Made by a program: the position numbers and the translations under genes. A model generated the notes under the pieces. The model was not told the origin of the DNA, did not search any database, and saw only the letters and a list, made by a program, of their open reading frames with translations. Positions 30,058 to 42,451 of a DNA stretch of 64,000 nt are shown piece by piece. Numbering within the stretch: position 1 is the stretch's first letter; each line of letters starts with the position of its first letter. The DNA comes from Methylophilaceae bacterium (GTDB taxonomy: Bacteria > Pseudomonadota > Gammaproteobacteria > Burkholderiales > Methylophilaceae). The DNA lies in assembly GCA_016778465.1 (NCBI GenBank), contig JADHPM010000006.1, positions 4,209 to 68,208 on the forward strand, given 5' to 3'.

Positions 30058-30912
30058 TTATGTTTTTTTTGATTTTAGATGTTCTAATATCATGCCATAA
30101 CCAGAAATATAATTAGGATATTTTAACTGGAAAGATAATTTATCTATTAAACCTGATTTCAATCTTTTGCCCTCAATTACATCATTATTTTTAACCACAA
30201 TTTTGCTCAATCCAGATTTTTCTCTAATCCAGTTGAGCACCTCATAAAGAGGGGCAGGCTCTTCATCCGTGAGTAAATAAAGCGGCGCAATAATATGTTT
30301 TTCTTTAACCAAGTTTAATAAGAATAGAAAAAATCGTGTCACGTCATTCTCATGTATTCGATTGGTCCAGCGATTGGTAGCTGGCCATGATTTGCTATCC
30401 AATGCCATCCTAATTAAATAATTACGATTACAACCATAGATGCCCGATAAACGAATAATAGTAGTTGTTAGTGATGATTTATATGTTAGTTCTTCACCCC
30501 TCAGCAATGAGTGGCCCCCAAAGTCAATTGGAGTTGGTGGGTCTATTTCGGAAAAAATACGATCTTTAACTGTTTGGCCATAAACACGCGTACTTGATAA
30601 AAAAAATAGGTGCTTTACAGATTGGCATTTTTCTGCGGCCTGAATAACCTTTTTTAAACCATTAACATATGCATTCTCATAAGACTCCGGAGATTGCTCA
30701 TCTGCTGCGACAGAATACAATACAAAATCTGGATTGATTTTTGTAAAAATTTCATCAAGCTTATCTTTAAAAATATCGGACTTAATTAATTCAACATTTT
30801 CTTCTTGGGAATAAATACTTCTCCTTAGGCCAAAAACTTTAAAATCATTGGATATGAGAGATGCAATAGAGTGAGCAACTTTTCCATACCCCACAATTAA
30901 TAATTTAGCCAT
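30058..30912 (-). CDS. NAD(P)-dependent epimerase/dehydratase-family (SDR) protein
   Basis: Rossmann N-terminus (KLLIVGYGKVA). Start placed at 30912, giving a TAATG junction with the DUF2818 gene. Confidence 0.7.
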   Translation of the reverse strand: MAKLLIVGYGKVAHSIASLISNDFKVFGLRRSIYSQEENVELIKSDIFKDKLDEIFTKINPDFVLYSVAADEQSPESYENAYVNGLKKVIQAAEKCQSVKHLFFLSSTRVYGQTVKDRIFSEIDPPTPIDFGGHSLLRGEELTYKSSLTTTIIRLSGIYGCNRNYLIRMALDSKSWPATNRWTNRIHENDVTRFFLFLLNLVKEKHIIAPLYLLTDEEPAPLYEVLNWIREKSGLSKIVVKNNDVIEGKRLKSGLIDKLSFQLKYPNYISGYGMILEHLKSKKT

Positions 30913-31193
30913 TATTTCCAAATGACTTTATAAACAAATCCAGGAAAAGAGAAAACAATAAAAAGAAAGAATGTAATTGTATAAAACTCCCAATCTTGAG
31001 AGTGAACATTTCCAACCACTTGCTTCTCGACCGAGATTAAAAAAATGCTCCAAATTAAATATAAAATTAAAACTTCTAATAGCATCAGCGGAAGAGTTTT
31101 ATTTTTTTTTGGAAAAAATATTAAAAAATTAGATGTATACCAAGGTAAATTAGCAAAAATAAATGAAAAAATAATTAATATAAGCTGTGTCAT
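30912..31193 (-). CDS. DUF2818-like small membrane protein
   Basis: 93 aa, 3 TM, immediately downstream of nuoN. I recall this position as typical for DUF2818 in Betaproteobacteria. Confidence 0.6.
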   Translation of the reverse strand: MTQLILIIFSFIFANLPWYTSNFLIFFPKKNKTLPLMLLEVLILYLIWSIFLISVEKQVVGNVHSQDWEFYTITFFLFIVFSFPGFVYKVIWK

Positions 31194-31195
31194 GA

Positions 31196-32641
31196 TTAAA
31201 TACTCATGCTTGCAGCCAAAGCAGCAATGCTCATTAAATATTTTGGAGACAATCCAAGGATCAACAAACTGCCGCTATTAATGAATAATAATGCTACTGA
31301 TTCCCTAGAAACCACTATTTTTTTCATGGATAAGGGTTTATCAAAATACATAATCTTAATAATCCTCAAGTAATAGTACATACCAATCAAAGCAAATATA
31401 ACAGCTATGATAGTCGGCCAAATGATATTTGCATCTATAGCTGCTTGAAGAACAGAAAATTTTGCATAAAACCCAACGGTGGGAGGGATTCCAGCCAAAC
31501 TCAACATGGTCAACATGATTAAAAAGGCAATTGTTGGATTTCTATGACTCAATCCTTTAAAGTCATCTATTAATTCAAAGTCTTTGTCTTTGTTGGATAA
31601 AATAATTATTGACCCAAAAGCTGCCAGTGACATCAACGCATAACATGTAACATAAAATAAAGAGGCAGATACACCGTTAACCGTTCCACTCATAAACCCA
31701 AAGAAGATAAATCCTACATGTGAAATTGTTGAATATGCTAGCATCCGTTTAATATTTGTTTGAGCTATTGCAGCAATATTACCAATCAACATCGATAAAA
31801 GCGCCATAATTAAAAGCATCTGCTGCCAATCTTCAACTGAGCTCTCTAACCCCTGAAAAAGTATGCGAATTAACAACGCAACTGATGCAAATTTTGGAAC
31901 AGAACTAATCATCATTGTCATAGGCAATGTGGCACCTTGATAGATATCTGGGACCCACATTTGAAATGGAACTGCACCAAATTTAAAGGCTATTCCAACA
32001 ACAATGAAAACTAAGCCAAAGGCAAGAATTGAGGGCGAAATATTACTTTGATTAATTTCACTTGCAATGTAATTCAAATCCAAAGAACCGGTAATTCCAT
32101 AAATCATTGACATTCCATAAAGTAATAAACCTGATGCAAGTGCACCGAGGACGAAATATTTCATCGCAGCCTCAGTTGCCAATAAATTGTCTCGATTAAT
32201 TGCAACCAAGGCGTAAAGGCAAAGTGATAATAATTCCAAACCCATATAAATGATCAAGAGATTATTTCCAGAGATCATCAGCATTATTCCAAGGAGAGAA
32301 AAGAGGGATAGCGAGAAATATTCACCAGACAATAGAGATCTTTTCTGAAGAAAGGGTTTTGCATAAATAAATACTATGGAGGAGGATATAAGACTCAATA
32401 ATTTTAGATAACTTGCCAGGTTATCGCTTATATACATTCCATTAAAAACAATTTGCGTTGATTCCAAGCTTTGCTTGGCTATTATAATTGCAGTCACCAG
32501 TAAACTTAGCTGGGAAAGAGCATATATGATTTTTTTTTCTGGATCTTTAATATACAAGTCTACAAGCAAGATGAACATTGCTGAGAGCGCAATTATGATT
32601 TCAGGCAGAATTACACTTAGTTGAAATGGAATATTAATCAT
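31196..32641 (-). CDS. nuoN: NADH-quinone oxidoreductase subunit N
   Basis: 481-aa antiporter-like polytopic protein, last gene of the nuo operon. Confidence 0.93.
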   Translation of the reverse strand: MINIPFQLSVILPEIIIALSAMFILLVDLYIKDPEKKIIYALSQLSLLVTAIIIAKQSLESTQIVFNGMYISDNLASYLKLLSLISSSIVFIYAKPFLQKRSLLSGEYFSLSLFSLLGIMLMISGNNLLIIYMGLELLSLCLYALVAINRDNLLATEAAMKYFVLGALASGLLLYGMSMIYGITGSLDLNYIASEINQSNISPSILAFGLVFIVVGIAFKFGAVPFQMWVPDIYQGATLPMTMMISSVPKFASVALLIRILFQGLESSVEDWQQMLLIMALLSMLIGNIAAIAQTNIKRMLAYSTISHVGFIFFGFMSGTVNGVSASLFYVTCYALMSLAAFGSIIILSNKDKDFELIDDFKGLSHRNPTIAFLIMLTMLSLAGIPPTVGFYAKFSVLQAAIDANIIWPTIIAVIFALIGMYYYLRIIKIMYFDKPLSMKKIVVSRESVALLFINSGSLLILGLSPKYLMSIAALAASMSI

Positions 32642-34119
32642 AAAATTGGAAACTTTGATCGGTTCATAAATTGAATAAAATTCTCAGCAGTAGTATTAGT
32701 AATATCTGTAATTAAAAATGGAAATAGGCCTAGAATTAAAATAAGCAAAGCCAGTGAAACTAATACAAATGTTTGTTTAAAGTTAATTTCCTTTAACTTT
32801 AAGACCACTTTGCTTTTTGCTTCTCCATAAAAAACTCGTTTCACCATCCAAAGTGAATATGCTGCGCCAAGTAAAAGGGTCATCGCAGCTGTTAATGCTA
32901 TCCAAAAATTTTCTTGGGCTGCTGCCATAATCACCATAAATTCTCCGACAAAGCCGGATGTTCCGGGTAAGCCTGAGTTGGCCATGGCAAAAAAAACTAC
33001 CAAAGCAGAAAAAAGTGGCATTTTGTTAATTACCCCTCCATAGTTTTGAATTTCTCTTGTATGTGTTTGATCATAAAGAATGCCAATGCTAATAAACAAT
33101 GCGGCAGAAATAAAACCATGAGAAATCATTTGTACGTATGCTCCTTCAACACTCATTGGCGTTAATAAAAAGATACCCAATGTAACAAAACCCATGTGTG
33201 AAATTGAGGAATATGCAATTAATTTTTTCATATCTTTTTGAGCCATGGCAATAATAGCAATATAAACGATGGCAATTAGGGATATTACTATTAACGCTGG
33301 TTGAAGGAAGCTCACTGCATCCGGCGTAATAGGTAGCGCAAACCTTAAAAAACTATATCCGCCAAGTTTAAGCATTATTGCCGCTAAAATCACTGAACCT
33401 CCAGTAGGAGCTTCAACATGCGCATCTGGAAGCCACGTATGGACAGGCCACATAGGAATTTTTACCGCAAAGGCCATGAAAAAGGCAACAAAAAGAAATA
33501 TTTGTATTGGCAAGGATAATGGAAGGTGATAATAATCAATGAGAGAAAAGCTACCAGCCTCGAAAAAAAGATAGATAAATGCGACAAGCATTAAAAGAGA
33601 ACCTAATACCGTGTAAAGAAAAAACTTTATAGTGGCATAAATTCTATTCGGGCCACCCCAAACTCCAATAATTAAAAACATTGGAATTAGCATTGCCTCC
33701 CAAAAAATATAATAGAGAATCACATCCAGAGACGAGAATACTCCTATCATCAATCCCGACATCATCAAGAAAGCGCCATGATAATAATTTAAATTTTTTA
33801 TATTCGTATCTTGGGTTAAAAATATGACAATCATTGTCATAAAGCTAGTAAGCAATATTAAGGGTACAGAAAATCCATCGACCCCAAGATGATAATTTAT
33901 TCGGTATGGCAGGATCCAGTGGTGAAATTCTTGGAACTGAAATAATGGGCTTATATAGTTAAATTCGATAAGGACAGGGATAGTAATAATGAAAGATACA
34001 AAACCTCCAAGTAGCGCCAAATTTGGGCCCAATTTTTTTGGTAAAAGTCCTCCCAGACCAATTAATATAATACTAAAAAGTATTGGGGTCCATATGGCTA
34101 AAGATAGAGGTGCAATCAT
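32638..34119 (-). CDS. nuoM: NADH-quinone oxidoreductase subunit M
   Basis: 493-aa antiporter-like subunit (WLPDAHVEAPTGGSV) between nuoL and nuoN. Confidence 0.94.
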   Translation of the reverse strand: MIAPLSLAIWTPILFSIILIGLGGLLPKKLGPNLALLGGFVSFIITIPVLIEFNYISPLFQFQEFHHWILPYRINYHLGVDGFSVPLILLTSFMTMIVIFLTQDTNIKNLNYYHGAFLMMSGLMIGVFSSLDVILYYIFWEAMLIPMFLIIGVWGGPNRIYATIKFFLYTVLGSLLMLVAFIYLFFEAGSFSLIDYYHLPLSLPIQIFLFVAFFMAFAVKIPMWPVHTWLPDAHVEAPTGGSVILAAIMLKLGGYSFLRFALPITPDAVSFLQPALIVISLIAIVYIAIIAMAQKDMKKLIAYSSISHMGFVTLGIFLLTPMSVEGAYVQMISHGFISAALFISIGILYDQTHTREIQNYGGVINKMPLFSALVVFFAMANSGLPGTSGFVGEFMVIMAAAQENFWIALTAAMTLLLGAAYSLWMVKRVFYGEAKSKVVLKLKEINFKQTFVLVSLALLILILGLFPFLITDITNTTAENFIQFMNRSKFPIL

Positions 34120-34120
34120 C

Positions 34121-36103
34121 TTATAATTTAATAAAAAAAGTCATTAACAAAAATAAGCCAATAATCATAATAAAGGCATAGTGATATATATAACCTGATT
34201 GCAAGCTTTTTAATTTAAAAGCCAGGCGATTAATAAGATATGCTGGGCCATTAACCAAGTATCGATCTATTAGATTTAAATCGATCCTTAGCCATAAAAA
34301 ATTGCCAGCGACCCTTAACCATCGGGCAAAATATTTTTCATTTAACGTATCAAATCCATACCCTTTTTCTAGTATCTTTGAAATAAAGCTAACAAATTTT
34401 GGAGTGATATTTGATTTAAACATCTGAGAATTTACAAACCATGCGACAATAATACCCAGCATCATAAAGAAAAATGGAAGCGTTAAAAATCCATGTAAGC
34501 CCGTTTTTATTGGGCTAGAAAAGTGATTATTAATCTGTGAAAAATTCTTATGAATTTCATCATTGATAAAAATAGATGTTGTGAAAAAATCACTAAAAAG
34601 TATGGTGTCAATAGATAAGTATCCAATTATTACCGAGGGTATAGTAAGAAGAATTAGTGGCAGCGTAATAACCCATGGACTCTCGTGAGGTGACTGTTGG
34701 GAATTTAAGCCATGATGCGTATTTCTTAATTTTAACGTACGCCATTTTTCTGTTCCATGGAAAACCATTAAATAAAGTCTTGTGGAGTAAAGAGCGGTAA
34801 AAAATACGCCAAAAATTAACATCCAATAGGCAAAACCTGAACCAAAAATTTGGCTATATTTTGTTGCCTCAATAATCATCTCTTTAGAGTAAAAGCCCGA
34901 GAAAAAAGGAGTACCAATAAGCGCAAGTGAGCCCAACAGGAATGTTATCCATGTGATAGGCATATATTTTTTGATATTACCCATATGCCGTATGTCTTGA
35001 TCATGATGCATTCCAATAATCACTGAACCAGCAGCTAAAAAAAGTAGTGCCTTAAAAAAGGCATGTGTCATTAAATGAAAAATCGCAACAGAATATGCGG
35101 AAACTCCAAGAGCAACTGTCATGAACCCTAATTGAGAAAGAGTTGAATATGCGATTACTCTCTTAATGTCATTTTGAACAACCCCCATTATGCCCATCAA
35201 TATTGCAGTGGATGCGCCAATTATTGTAATAAAAGAGAGGGCTGTATCTGACAATTCAAATAATGGGGAAAGACGGGACACCATAAAAATCCCTGCGGTC
35301 ACCATAGTCGCAGCATGAATTAAAGCTGATATGGGGGTTGGTCCCTCCATCGAGTCAGGTAGCCAAACATGAAGAGGAATCTGAGCCGACTTACCCATCG
35401 CGCCAATGAATAATAAAATGCATATCACAGAAAGCAACGAAACTGCCGAGTCTCCGAAAAGAAAAATTGATTGATTTCCCAATGAGACGGATCTATCAAA
35501 AACTGTTTGGTAATCCAAAGATCCAAACCAAAAAAGAATCAATCCAACCCCCATTAAAAGACCAATATCTCCAACCCTATTAACTAAAAAAGCCTTCAGA
35601 TTTGCATGAATAGCGGTTGGTTTTTTATACCAAAAACCAATTAAAAGGTATGAGACCAGTCCTACTCCCTCCCAGCCAAAAAAAAGTTGTAAAAAATTAT
35701 TACTCATCACCAGCATAAGCATCGCAAAAGTAAACAGGGAAATATAACTAAAAAATCGACTGAAACCAGAGTCTTGTTTCATGTAACCAATGCTATAGAT
35801 ATGCACCATAAGAGACACGAACGTTACAATAACCATCATTAAAGCTGTCAAATTATCAATCATAAAGCCTATTTCAAAGTTATAACTTCCTGTCGCAAGC
35901 CATTGATAGAGAGTAAATTCTCCATGAAACCCATGGCTAGTTATGTAAAGTGTATAAATTGAAATAAGAAAGGCTATGCCCACACCTAAGGTCGTCAAGG
36001 CGTAGCTAAATACTTTAGGACATTTTTTTCCGAAAAGACCTACTATGATCGATGCAAAGAGCGTTGCAAATGGGGCAATTGAAAATACATGAATTAATTG
36101 CAT
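34121..36103 (-). CDS. nuoL: NADH-quinone oxidoreductase subunit L
   Basis: 660 aa, antiporter-like with a C-terminal extension (WLPDSMEGPTPISALIHAATMV). Confidence 0.95.
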   Translation of the reverse strand: MQLIHVFSIAPFATLFASIIVGLFGKKCPKVFSYALTTLGVGIAFLISIYTLYITSHGFHGEFTLYQWLATGSYNFEIGFMIDNLTALMMVIVTFVSLMVHIYSIGYMKQDSGFSRFFSYISLFTFAMLMLVMSNNFLQLFFGWEGVGLVSYLLIGFWYKKPTAIHANLKAFLVNRVGDIGLLMGVGLILFWFGSLDYQTVFDRSVSLGNQSIFLFGDSAVSLLSVICILLFIGAMGKSAQIPLHVWLPDSMEGPTPISALIHAATMVTAGIFMVSRLSPLFELSDTALSFITIIGASTAILMGIMGVVQNDIKRVIAYSTLSQLGFMTVALGVSAYSVAIFHLMTHAFFKALLFLAAGSVIIGMHHDQDIRHMGNIKKYMPITWITFLLGSLALIGTPFFSGFYSKEMIIEATKYSQIFGSGFAYWMLIFGVFFTALYSTRLYLMVFHGTEKWRTLKLRNTHHGLNSQQSPHESPWVITLPLILLTIPSVIIGYLSIDTILFSDFFTTSIFINDEIHKNFSQINNHFSSPIKTGLHGFLTLPFFFMMLGIIVAWFVNSQMFKSNITPKFVSFISKILEKGYGFDTLNEKYFARWLRVAGNFLWLRIDLNLIDRYLVNGPAYLINRLAFKLKSLQSGYIYHYAFIMIIGLFLLMTFFIKL

Positions 36104-36104
36104 C

Positions 36105-36410
36105 TTACCCTTTCAGCCTGTTTAATTCATCAACGTTAATTGATTGATTATTTCTAAAAACAACAATAATAATTGCTAGACCAATCGCTGATTCTGCCGC
36201 TGCAACAGTTAAAATAAAGAAAACAAAAACTTGTCCAGCTAAATCTCCAAGATAATGACTAAAAGCAATAAAATTAATATTTACTGCAAGCAACATAAGC
36301 TCTATCGCCATAAGTAAGGTAATGATATTTTTCCTATTTAAAAAAATACCAATAACCCCAATTAAAAATAAAAGGGCACCTAAAGTTAAATAATGACTAA
36401 GAGTAATCAT
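36105..36410 (-). CDS. nuoK: NADH-quinone oxidoreductase subunit K
   Basis: 101 aa, 3 TM, at the operon position expected for nuoK. Confidence 0.93.
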   Translation of the reverse strand: MITLSHYLTLGALLFLIGVIGIFLNRKNIITLLMAIELMLLAVNINFIAFSHYLGDLAGQVFVFFILTVAAAESAIGLAIIIVVFRNNQSINVDELNRLKG

Positions 36411-37006
36411 CTTTTTTTCTGTTTACCCAATTCCACAGATTTCATTTTGATCATTTTGATACGTTGATTCCTTTGCACCTTAATTTGATCCGCAGGATTA
36501 ATGCTCTTGTGAGTTTTCATACCTCGTAATGTTAGTAAAATTGCAGCAACAATGGCTACAAGCAATATAATCGATGCTATCTCAAAAGGGAAAACGTAGT
36601 CTGTATATAAGACTTGGCCAAGAGCCTCCGTGTTACTTGTTGAAAGAGCGTTATTAACCTTCATATCTTTAAAATAGCTATGGTTAAGGACAAGAATCAT
36701 TTCAAGCAGCATAATTAGTGCAACAATGGATGCAACTGGCATGTAATCCCAAAAGCCTTCTTTAAGTCGATCAAGATTAATATCTAGCATCATGACAACA
36801 AATAAAAATAGAACCATGACAGCCCCAACGTAAACTAAAACTAATGCAATTGCTAGAAATTCCGCTTCTAAAAGAAGCCAAATCCCCCCGGCACTAAAAA
36901 AAGAAAGAACCAAAAATAAGGCTGATAAAACTGGGTTACGAGACGTAATAACTTTCAATGCAGAAAAAATTAAAACGGCGGAAAAAAAATAAAAAAGAAA
37001 TTCCAT
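36407..37006 (-). CDS. nuoJ: NADH-quinone oxidoreductase subunit J
   Basis: 199 aa membrane protein at the operon position expected for nuoJ. Confidence 0.9.
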   Translation of the reverse strand: MEFLFYFFSAVLIFSALKVITSRNPVLSALFLVLSFFSAGGIWLLLEAEFLAIALVLVYVGAVMVLFLFVVMMLDINLDRLKEGFWDYMPVASIVALIMLLEMILVLNHSYFKDMKVNNALSTSNTEALGQVLYTDYVFPFEIASIILLVAIVAAILLTLRGMKTHKSINPADQIKVQRNQRIKMIKMKSVELGKQKKR

Positions 37007-37503
37007 TATCGATACTTAGCCTCTTTTTCTCTATCTGCTTGAATTATTTTTTCATACTGATCACCAACCTCAAGGAGCATTTCTTTGTTGTACAAAAGAT
37101 CACCTCGTTCTTCACCGTGATAATCAAGAATCCTTGTTTCAACAATTGAATCAACAGGGCATGATTCCTCACAAAAGCCACAAAAAATGCATTTCGTAAG
37201 ATCAATGTCATATCTTGTTGTTCGTCGAGTATTATCCTCACGCATTTCAGATTCAATGGTAATTGCCATTGCTGGGCAAACAGCTTCACATAGCTTGCAT
37301 GCGATGCAACGCTCCTCACCATTGGGGTATCTTCTAAGTGCATGCAAGCCTCTAAAGCGCGGTGATTGAGGTGTTTTCTCCTCAGGATACTGAATTGTTA
37401 CTTTTTTTGAAAAGAAATACCTTCCAGTTAAGCCAAGCCCAAGAAGTAATTCGTATAATGAAAGCCCCTTAATTAAACCAATAATTTGTTTTTTAATATT
37501 CAT
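37006..37503 (-). CDS. nuoI: NADH-quinone oxidoreductase subunit I
   Basis: 165 aa with two 4Fe-4S ferredoxin motifs ([24 protein letters not shown]). Confidence 0.96.
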   Translation of the reverse strand: MNIKKQIIGLIKGLSLYELLLGLGLTGRYFFSKKVTIQYPEEKTPQSPRFRGLHALRRYPNGEERCIACKLCEAVCPAMAITIESEMREDNTRRTTRYDIDLTKCIFCGFCEESCPVDSIVETRILDYHGEERGDLLYNKEMLLEVGDQYEKIIQADREKEAKYR

Positions 37504-38514
37504 TTAGTGAAACATTCCTTTATATGGTGTTTGCATCATAAAACCTACGAAAATAATCCATACTAAAGTTATAGGAATAAAAACTTTCCAACCAAGCCTC
37601 ATGATTTGGTCGTAACGGTACCTTGGAAAAGTTGCTCTAAACCATAAAAAGAAAAAAAGACAAATACCAACTTTAAAGAATAACCATAGTATGCCATCCG
37701 GTAAAAAACTAACGGGTGAAAGCCAGCCCCCCAAAAACATTAATGCAGCGAGCATTGAAACTAAAATCATATTTGCATACTCTGCAAGAAAAAAGACAGC
37801 AAAGGCCATACCAGAATACTCAACGTGGAAACCAGCAACAATTTCAGACTCACCCTCGGCAACATCAAAGGGTGCTCTATTTGTTTCAGCAACTGCGCTT
37901 ATAAAATAGATAATGAGCAAGGGAAATAATGGCCAAATATACCATTGCAGCAGACCACCCTTCTGCCCCTCTACGATATCGCCCAAATTAAGGCTATTGG
38001 CGCACATTAAAACACCCACTAATGTAAATCCCATTGCAATCTCATAGGAAACTATTTGTGCGGCAGAACGTAAACTTCCTAAAAATGCATATTTTGAATT
38101 TGAAGCCCAGCCTGCGATGATTACTCCATAGACAGCAATTGATGTCATTGCAAGGACGTAGAGTAAACCAGCATTGATATCTGCTAGTACCAATTCGGCA
38201 TTAAAGGGAATCACAGCCCATGCTGCAAATGCTGGCGCAATCGTTAAAATGGGTGCTAAGAAAAATAAGGTTTTATTTGATTTGTTTGGGGTAATGATCT
38301 CTTTAAACATTAACTTTATCGCGTCAGCGATGGGTTGCAGAAGTCCGTAAAAACCCACTCGATTTGGACCGATTCTGCCTTGCATGTAACCTATAACTTT
38401 TCTCTCGAAGAAAGTTAAATACGCAACAGAAATCATTAAGGGGATAACAATCAACAGGATTTTAAAAAGTATCCAAAAAGACTCGAGCACAATATCTAAC
38501 CATTCGATATTCAC
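37504..38514 (-). CDS. nuoH: NADH-quinone oxidoreductase subunit H
   Basis: Start moved to the GTG at 38514, 4 nt after the nuoG stop and about 12 nt downstream of GGGAG. The track ORF overlaps nuoG by 74 nt. Has the [16 protein letters not shown] motif. Confidence 0.9.
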   Translation of the reverse strand: MNIEWLDIVLESFWILFKILLIVIPLMISVAYLTFFERKVIGYMQGRIGPNRVGFYGLLQPIADAIKLMFKEIITPNKSNKTLFFLAPILTIAPAFAAWAVIPFNAELVLADINAGLLYVLAMTSIAVYGVIIAGWASNSKYAFLGSLRSAAQIVSYEIAMGFTLVGVLMCANSLNLGDIVEGQKGGLLQWYIWPLFPLLIIYFISAVAETNRAPFDVAEGESEIVAGFHVEYSGMAFAVFFLAEYANMILVSMLAALMFLGGWLSPVSFLPDGILWLFFKVGICLFFFLWFRATFPRYRYDQIMRLGWKVFIPITLVWIIFVGFMMQTPYKGMFH

Positions 38515-38518
38515 GATA

Positions 38519-40663
38519 CTACAAAACTCCCTTTTTATTGTTCGCCAACTGTTTTCTTTTCTTTTCTTGCAAAGAAGCGGCTCTTCTGACAATCATATCT
38601 GATTGCTCCAATGAAAAAATCTCTGAGGTCTCATTGGCATCATCAATCGAAAGCGTCCAGTTTGGATCCAAGCTTTTTGTAGAGATCGATGGAAAAGTTA
38701 AGCGTTTTTTTGGATGAACAACTTTGCATAAGACTTCATCTGATGAATCATATTCAAAGTCATCTAGACCCAGATAATTACCTAAAACACGTAAAATTTT
38801 CCATGCCGGCCTAGCTTGCCCTTTAGGCGAGGTAACTGCCTTGATGGTTTGTAACTTTCTTGCAATGTTGATATACGAGCCTGATGACTCGGTGAAGATA
38901 GCCATAGGCAAGACACAATCAAAGCTATCGAATTCCTCTCCAAAATAAGGAGTAATTGCTGTTTTGAATTTTGCTTTATTGATCGTTTTTAAAATATTTA
39001 TCTTTGAGCGGATATCATTTTTAGGGTCTATATTTAAAGCAATAAATGCAGATATATTTTTTTCTGAAATTTCTTTTAAATTATGCAATTCTTGTTTATG
39101 CGAAATTAAATCCAATCCCACACCGTTAGGGTAATTGGAGAGCGAACCAAAAATTCCTGAAATGCTCTCAGTAAGGGCATTGGCAAGTAAAACTAAATCA
39201 CCTGCATCCTTTGTTTCTAATGCACTTTGTCCAAGAAAAATAGCCTTTTTGTTTCTTCCCCTTATGAATCGCTTAAGCCATTCGAGTGTATCCAGATTGA
39301 TTTTTTCTTTTTTGATCAAATTCAACACATCTTCATTTTTAATTTTTTTTGGGTCAATCTCATATAAAGCCCGCAACATCTTTATTAGTTGTAATTTATA
39401 TTCTCCTGATTTGCAGATAATTTTTTTCTCAAGAGGGATAAGTGGATCATGATCCGAAGAATTAATTAAAGTTAACTTTCCACCATTGTTGACCATTTTC
39501 CTAAAACGGTTTGCAAGCAGAGGTTGGTCTAATCTTAAGTTGGAGCCAATAATAATAACATTATCAAACGTTTCAATTTCCCGAATTTCACATCCTAACC
39601 AGGCCCCAGAAAAATCAAAATTATTTTGAGTTATTCTGTAATCAATATTTGATGACCCGATTTGGTTAGCCATCTTATGTATTAAGTATGATTCCTCAAG
39701 CGAACTTTGGGGAGAATGGAGGAATGCAAGAGAATCCTCGCCGTCTCTTTTGATTATTTTTTTTATATTCTGAGTAAAAAAATCTAAAGCCTCTTCCCAG
39801 TCAACTTTTTGCCATTTTTTGTTTTTCTTAATCATCGGTTCAAGCAATCTGTCACTGTGATAAAAACCTTCATACGAAAAACGATCTCGGTCAGATATCC
39901 AACACTCATTAATTTCATCATTTTCTTTTGGAAGCGTCCTCATAACATGATCATCTTTAATATGCATCTCAAGATTAGAGCCAAGGCTGTCATGAATAGA
40001 AATTGTTGGTCGTCTTATGAGCTCCCATGTTCTTGCCTTATAGCGAAAAGGTTTGGATGTTAGAGCGCCAACGGGACATAAGTCAATGATGTTGCCTGAC
40101 AATTCTGACTCAACAGATTTGTCAACATATGCAGATATTTCAGCATGCTCACCTCTGCCAACGAGACCTAATTCCTGAACACCTCCAATTTCTTTTAAAA
40201 ATCTTACACAACGCGTACATTGAATGCATCGTGTTAAGTCAGTGGATATCAATGGGCCAATATTTTTATTAATGACAACTCGTTTCTCTTCAGCGTATCG
40301 GGTTTGACTGGTGCCGTATGCAACTGCTGTATCCTGTAGGTCACACTCACCGCCTTGATCGCATATTGGGCAATCTAAAGGGTGATTTATTAGTAAAAAT
40401 TCCATGACACTTTGTTGAGCTTCTTTTGTAAATTTTGTTTTTGTAGAAACCTCCATTCCGTCCATAACCTGTGTTGCGCAGGCCGGTAAAGGTTTGCCAA
40501 TATTTTTAACCTGAACGAGACACATTCTGCAGTTAGCCGCAACAGATAATTTTTTGTGGTAACAGAATCTGGGGATATCTATACCTATTTCGTCAGCAAC
40601 CTGAATAATGGTTTTTTTGGACTCTACCTCAATAGACTTACCATCAATTTTTAATTTAATCAT
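38519..40663 (-). CDS. nuoG: NADH-quinone oxidoreductase subunit G
   Basis: 714 aa; N-terminal 2Fe-2S and 4Fe-4S cysteine clusters, then a molybdopterin-like domain. Confidence 0.95.
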   Translation of the reverse strand: MIKLKIDGKSIEVESKKTIIQVADEIGIDIPRFCYHKKLSVAANCRMCLVQVKNIGKPLPACATQVMDGMEVSTKTKFTKEAQQSVMEFLLINHPLDCPICDQGGECDLQDTAVAYGTSQTRYAEEKRVVINKNIGPLISTDLTRCIQCTRCVRFLKEIGGVQELGLVGRGEHAEISAYVDKSVESELSGNIIDLCPVGALTSKPFRYKARTWELIRRPTISIHDSLGSNLEMHIKDDHVMRTLPKENDEINECWISDRDRFSYEGFYHSDRLLEPMIKKNKKWQKVDWEEALDFFTQNIKKIIKRDGEDSLAFLHSPQSSLEESYLIHKMANQIGSSNIDYRITQNNFDFSGAWLGCEIREIETFDNVIIIGSNLRLDQPLLANRFRKMVNNGGKLTLINSSDHDPLIPLEKKIICKSGEYKLQLIKMLRALYEIDPKKIKNEDVLNLIKKEKINLDTLEWLKRFIRGRNKKAIFLGQSALETKDAGDLVLLANALTESISGIFGSLSNYPNGVGLDLISHKQELHNLKEISEKNISAFIALNIDPKNDIRSKINILKTINKAKFKTAITPYFGEEFDSFDCVLPMAIFTESSGSYINIARKLQTIKAVTSPKGQARPAWKILRVLGNYLGLDDFEYDSSDEVLCKVVHPKKRLTFPSISTKSLDPNWTLSIDDANETSEIFSLEQSDMIVRRAASLQEKKRKQLANNKKGVL

Positions 40664-41972
40664 TTGATGTCTCTATCATCGATTTACCATTTCGAATAAA
40701 ATATTCGAATTCCACCTCAAAGTGTTTAATAAAACTGAGGACAGGAACTGCAGCAGCATCCCCTAAAGCGCATATAGTTCTTCCCGATATTTTATTACTT
40801 ACATCTTTTAGTAAACTCAAGTCATCTAATCTACCGTTTCCTTCAATTATTCTTTTAATAATCCTATATACCCATCCAGTTCCCTCACGACATGGTGTAC
40901 ATTGGCCACAAGATTCTTCATAAAAAAAGTAGGAAAGTCTTTTTAAGACGCTTACCATACAGGTTGTGTCATCCATAATAATTAACGAACCTGCACCTAA
41001 ACTACTGCCTATTTTACTCAACCCATCATAGTCCATGGTTGCTTGCATTATTTCATGCGCTGGCACCAAAGCTGTAGAAGGCCCCCCCGGTATAACTGCT
41101 TTTAATTTTCGCCCTTTCCAAATACCACCAGCCATATTTAGCAGTTCTGCAAAAGGTATACCGAGCTGAACCTCGTGATTTCCTGGGTTATTAACGTGGC
41201 CCGATACCGAAAAAATTTTAGTCCCTCCGGCGTTGGCGACACCTAACTCATTAAAAGCTTGCCCCCCATATTTGATAATCCAGGGGATAGATGCAAATGT
41301 CTCGGTATTATTGACACAAGTTGGCTTGCCGTAAATCCCATGCGTTGCTGGAAAAGGCGGTTTAAATCTTGGTTGCCCTTTTTTACCTTCAATGGACTCA
41401 ATCAACGCCGTTTCTTCGCCACATATGTAGGCCCCATAACCATGAACTGCATGAAGATCAAAAGAAAAACTTGAATTAAGAATCTTTTTTCCTAAGAATC
41501 CTGCTTTTCTCGCTTGTTTTATAGCTTCTCCAAAGGAGAGGTATTCACTCCAAATTTCCCCATGAATATAGTTAAATCCAACCGTTGCATCCATAATATA
41601 AGCGCCAATAATCATTCCCTCAATTATTTGATGCGGGTTATATCGGATAATATCTCTGTCCTTAAAAGTGCCTGGCTCACCCTCATCACTGTTGCAAACT
41701 AGATACTTGTCACCTTTAATTCCTTTAGGCATAAAGGACCACTTTAGTCCGGTAGGGAAACCTGCGCCACCTCTTCCCCTTAAACCTGACACTTTGATTT
41801 GTTCAAGTAAATCTGCCGGAGCAATTTTTTCATTTAATATTTTTTTTATAGTCTCGTAGCCACCAATACTTAGATAAGTATTTATGTCGGCAGGGTTCTC
41901 CAAATGTTTTGTTGCCAAACATAAGGGGAAAGATTTTTTTTGCGCCGGCGGTATTATTCTTTCATCAGGCAT
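40656..41972 (-). CDS. nuoF: NADH-quinone oxidoreductase subunit F
   Basis: 438 aa; [13 protein letters not shown] (FMN/NADH site) and the [12 protein letters not shown] 4Fe-4S motif. Confidence 0.97.
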   Translation of the reverse strand: MPDERIIPPAQKKSFPLCLATKHLENPADINTYLSIGGYETIKKILNEKIAPADLLEQIKVSGLRGRGGAGFPTGLKWSFMPKGIKGDKYLVCNSDEGEPGTFKDRDIIRYNPHQIIEGMIIGAYIMDATVGFNYIHGEIWSEYLSFGEAIKQARKAGFLGKKILNSSFSFDLHAVHGYGAYICGEETALIESIEGKKGQPRFKPPFPATHGIYGKPTCVNNTETFASIPWIIKYGGQAFNELGVANAGGTKIFSVSGHVNNPGNHEVQLGIPFAELLNMAGGIWKGRKLKAVIPGGPSTALVPAHEIMQATMDYDGLSKIGSSLGAGSLIIMDDTTCMVSVLKRLSYFFYEESCGQCTPCREGTGWVYRIIKRIIEGNGRLDDLSLLKDVSNKISGRTICALGDAAAVPVLSFIKHFEVEFEYFIRNGKSMIETSND

Positions 41973-42451
41973 TATTTGAGTTCCTTGATGATTGAATCAA
42001 ATTTTTCCGGTGTTAATTTCTCATGCATTTTTTCATTATTGATTACCATCATTGGAGCAGCATCACAGTTACCCATGCACTCGCTCTCCTTGAGGCAAAA
42101 TTTTCCATCGTGTGTAATCTGATTAAAATCTATATTTAAAGTATTTTTTACATGGCTAACTAATGAATCAACCCCTCGCAACATGCATGAAACGTTTGTG
42201 CAAATCGATAATTTATATTTACCTATCGGCTTTAGATCATACATATTGTAAAAGGTGGCAACCTCCATCACGGCAATTTCTGGGATATCAAGATATTTAG
42301 CAACTTCCCCTATATTATCATTTGACAGCCAACCTTCTTCTGCCTGAACAAATTGTAAGGCAGCCATCACAGCGGATTTTTTTTGGTCTTTTGGATACTT
42401 AAGTAACTCATTATCAATTTTTTTTGTAATTATTTTTGAAAGGGTAGTCAT
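41972..42451 (-). CDS. nuoE: NADH-quinone oxidoreductase subunit E
   Basis: 159 aa, thioredoxin-like 2Fe-2S subunit (C..C...C..C pattern) at the expected operon position. Confidence 0.94.
   Translation of the reverse strand: MTTLSKIITKKIDNELLKYPKDQKKSAVMAALQFVQAEEGWLSNDNIGEVAKYLDIPEIAVMEVATFYNMYDLKPIGKYKLSICTNVSCMLRGVDSLVSHVKNTLNIDFNQITHDGKFCLKESECMGNCDAAPMMVINNEKMHEKLTPEKFDSIIKELK

Noticed and set aside
37044-37343. 99-aa alternative-frame ORF within nuoI, and similar internal ORFs in nuoL (34608-34826), nuoH, nuoG, nuoF and nuoD
   Set aside because: They are out of frame or antisense within strongly conserved nuo genes and lack translation signals.
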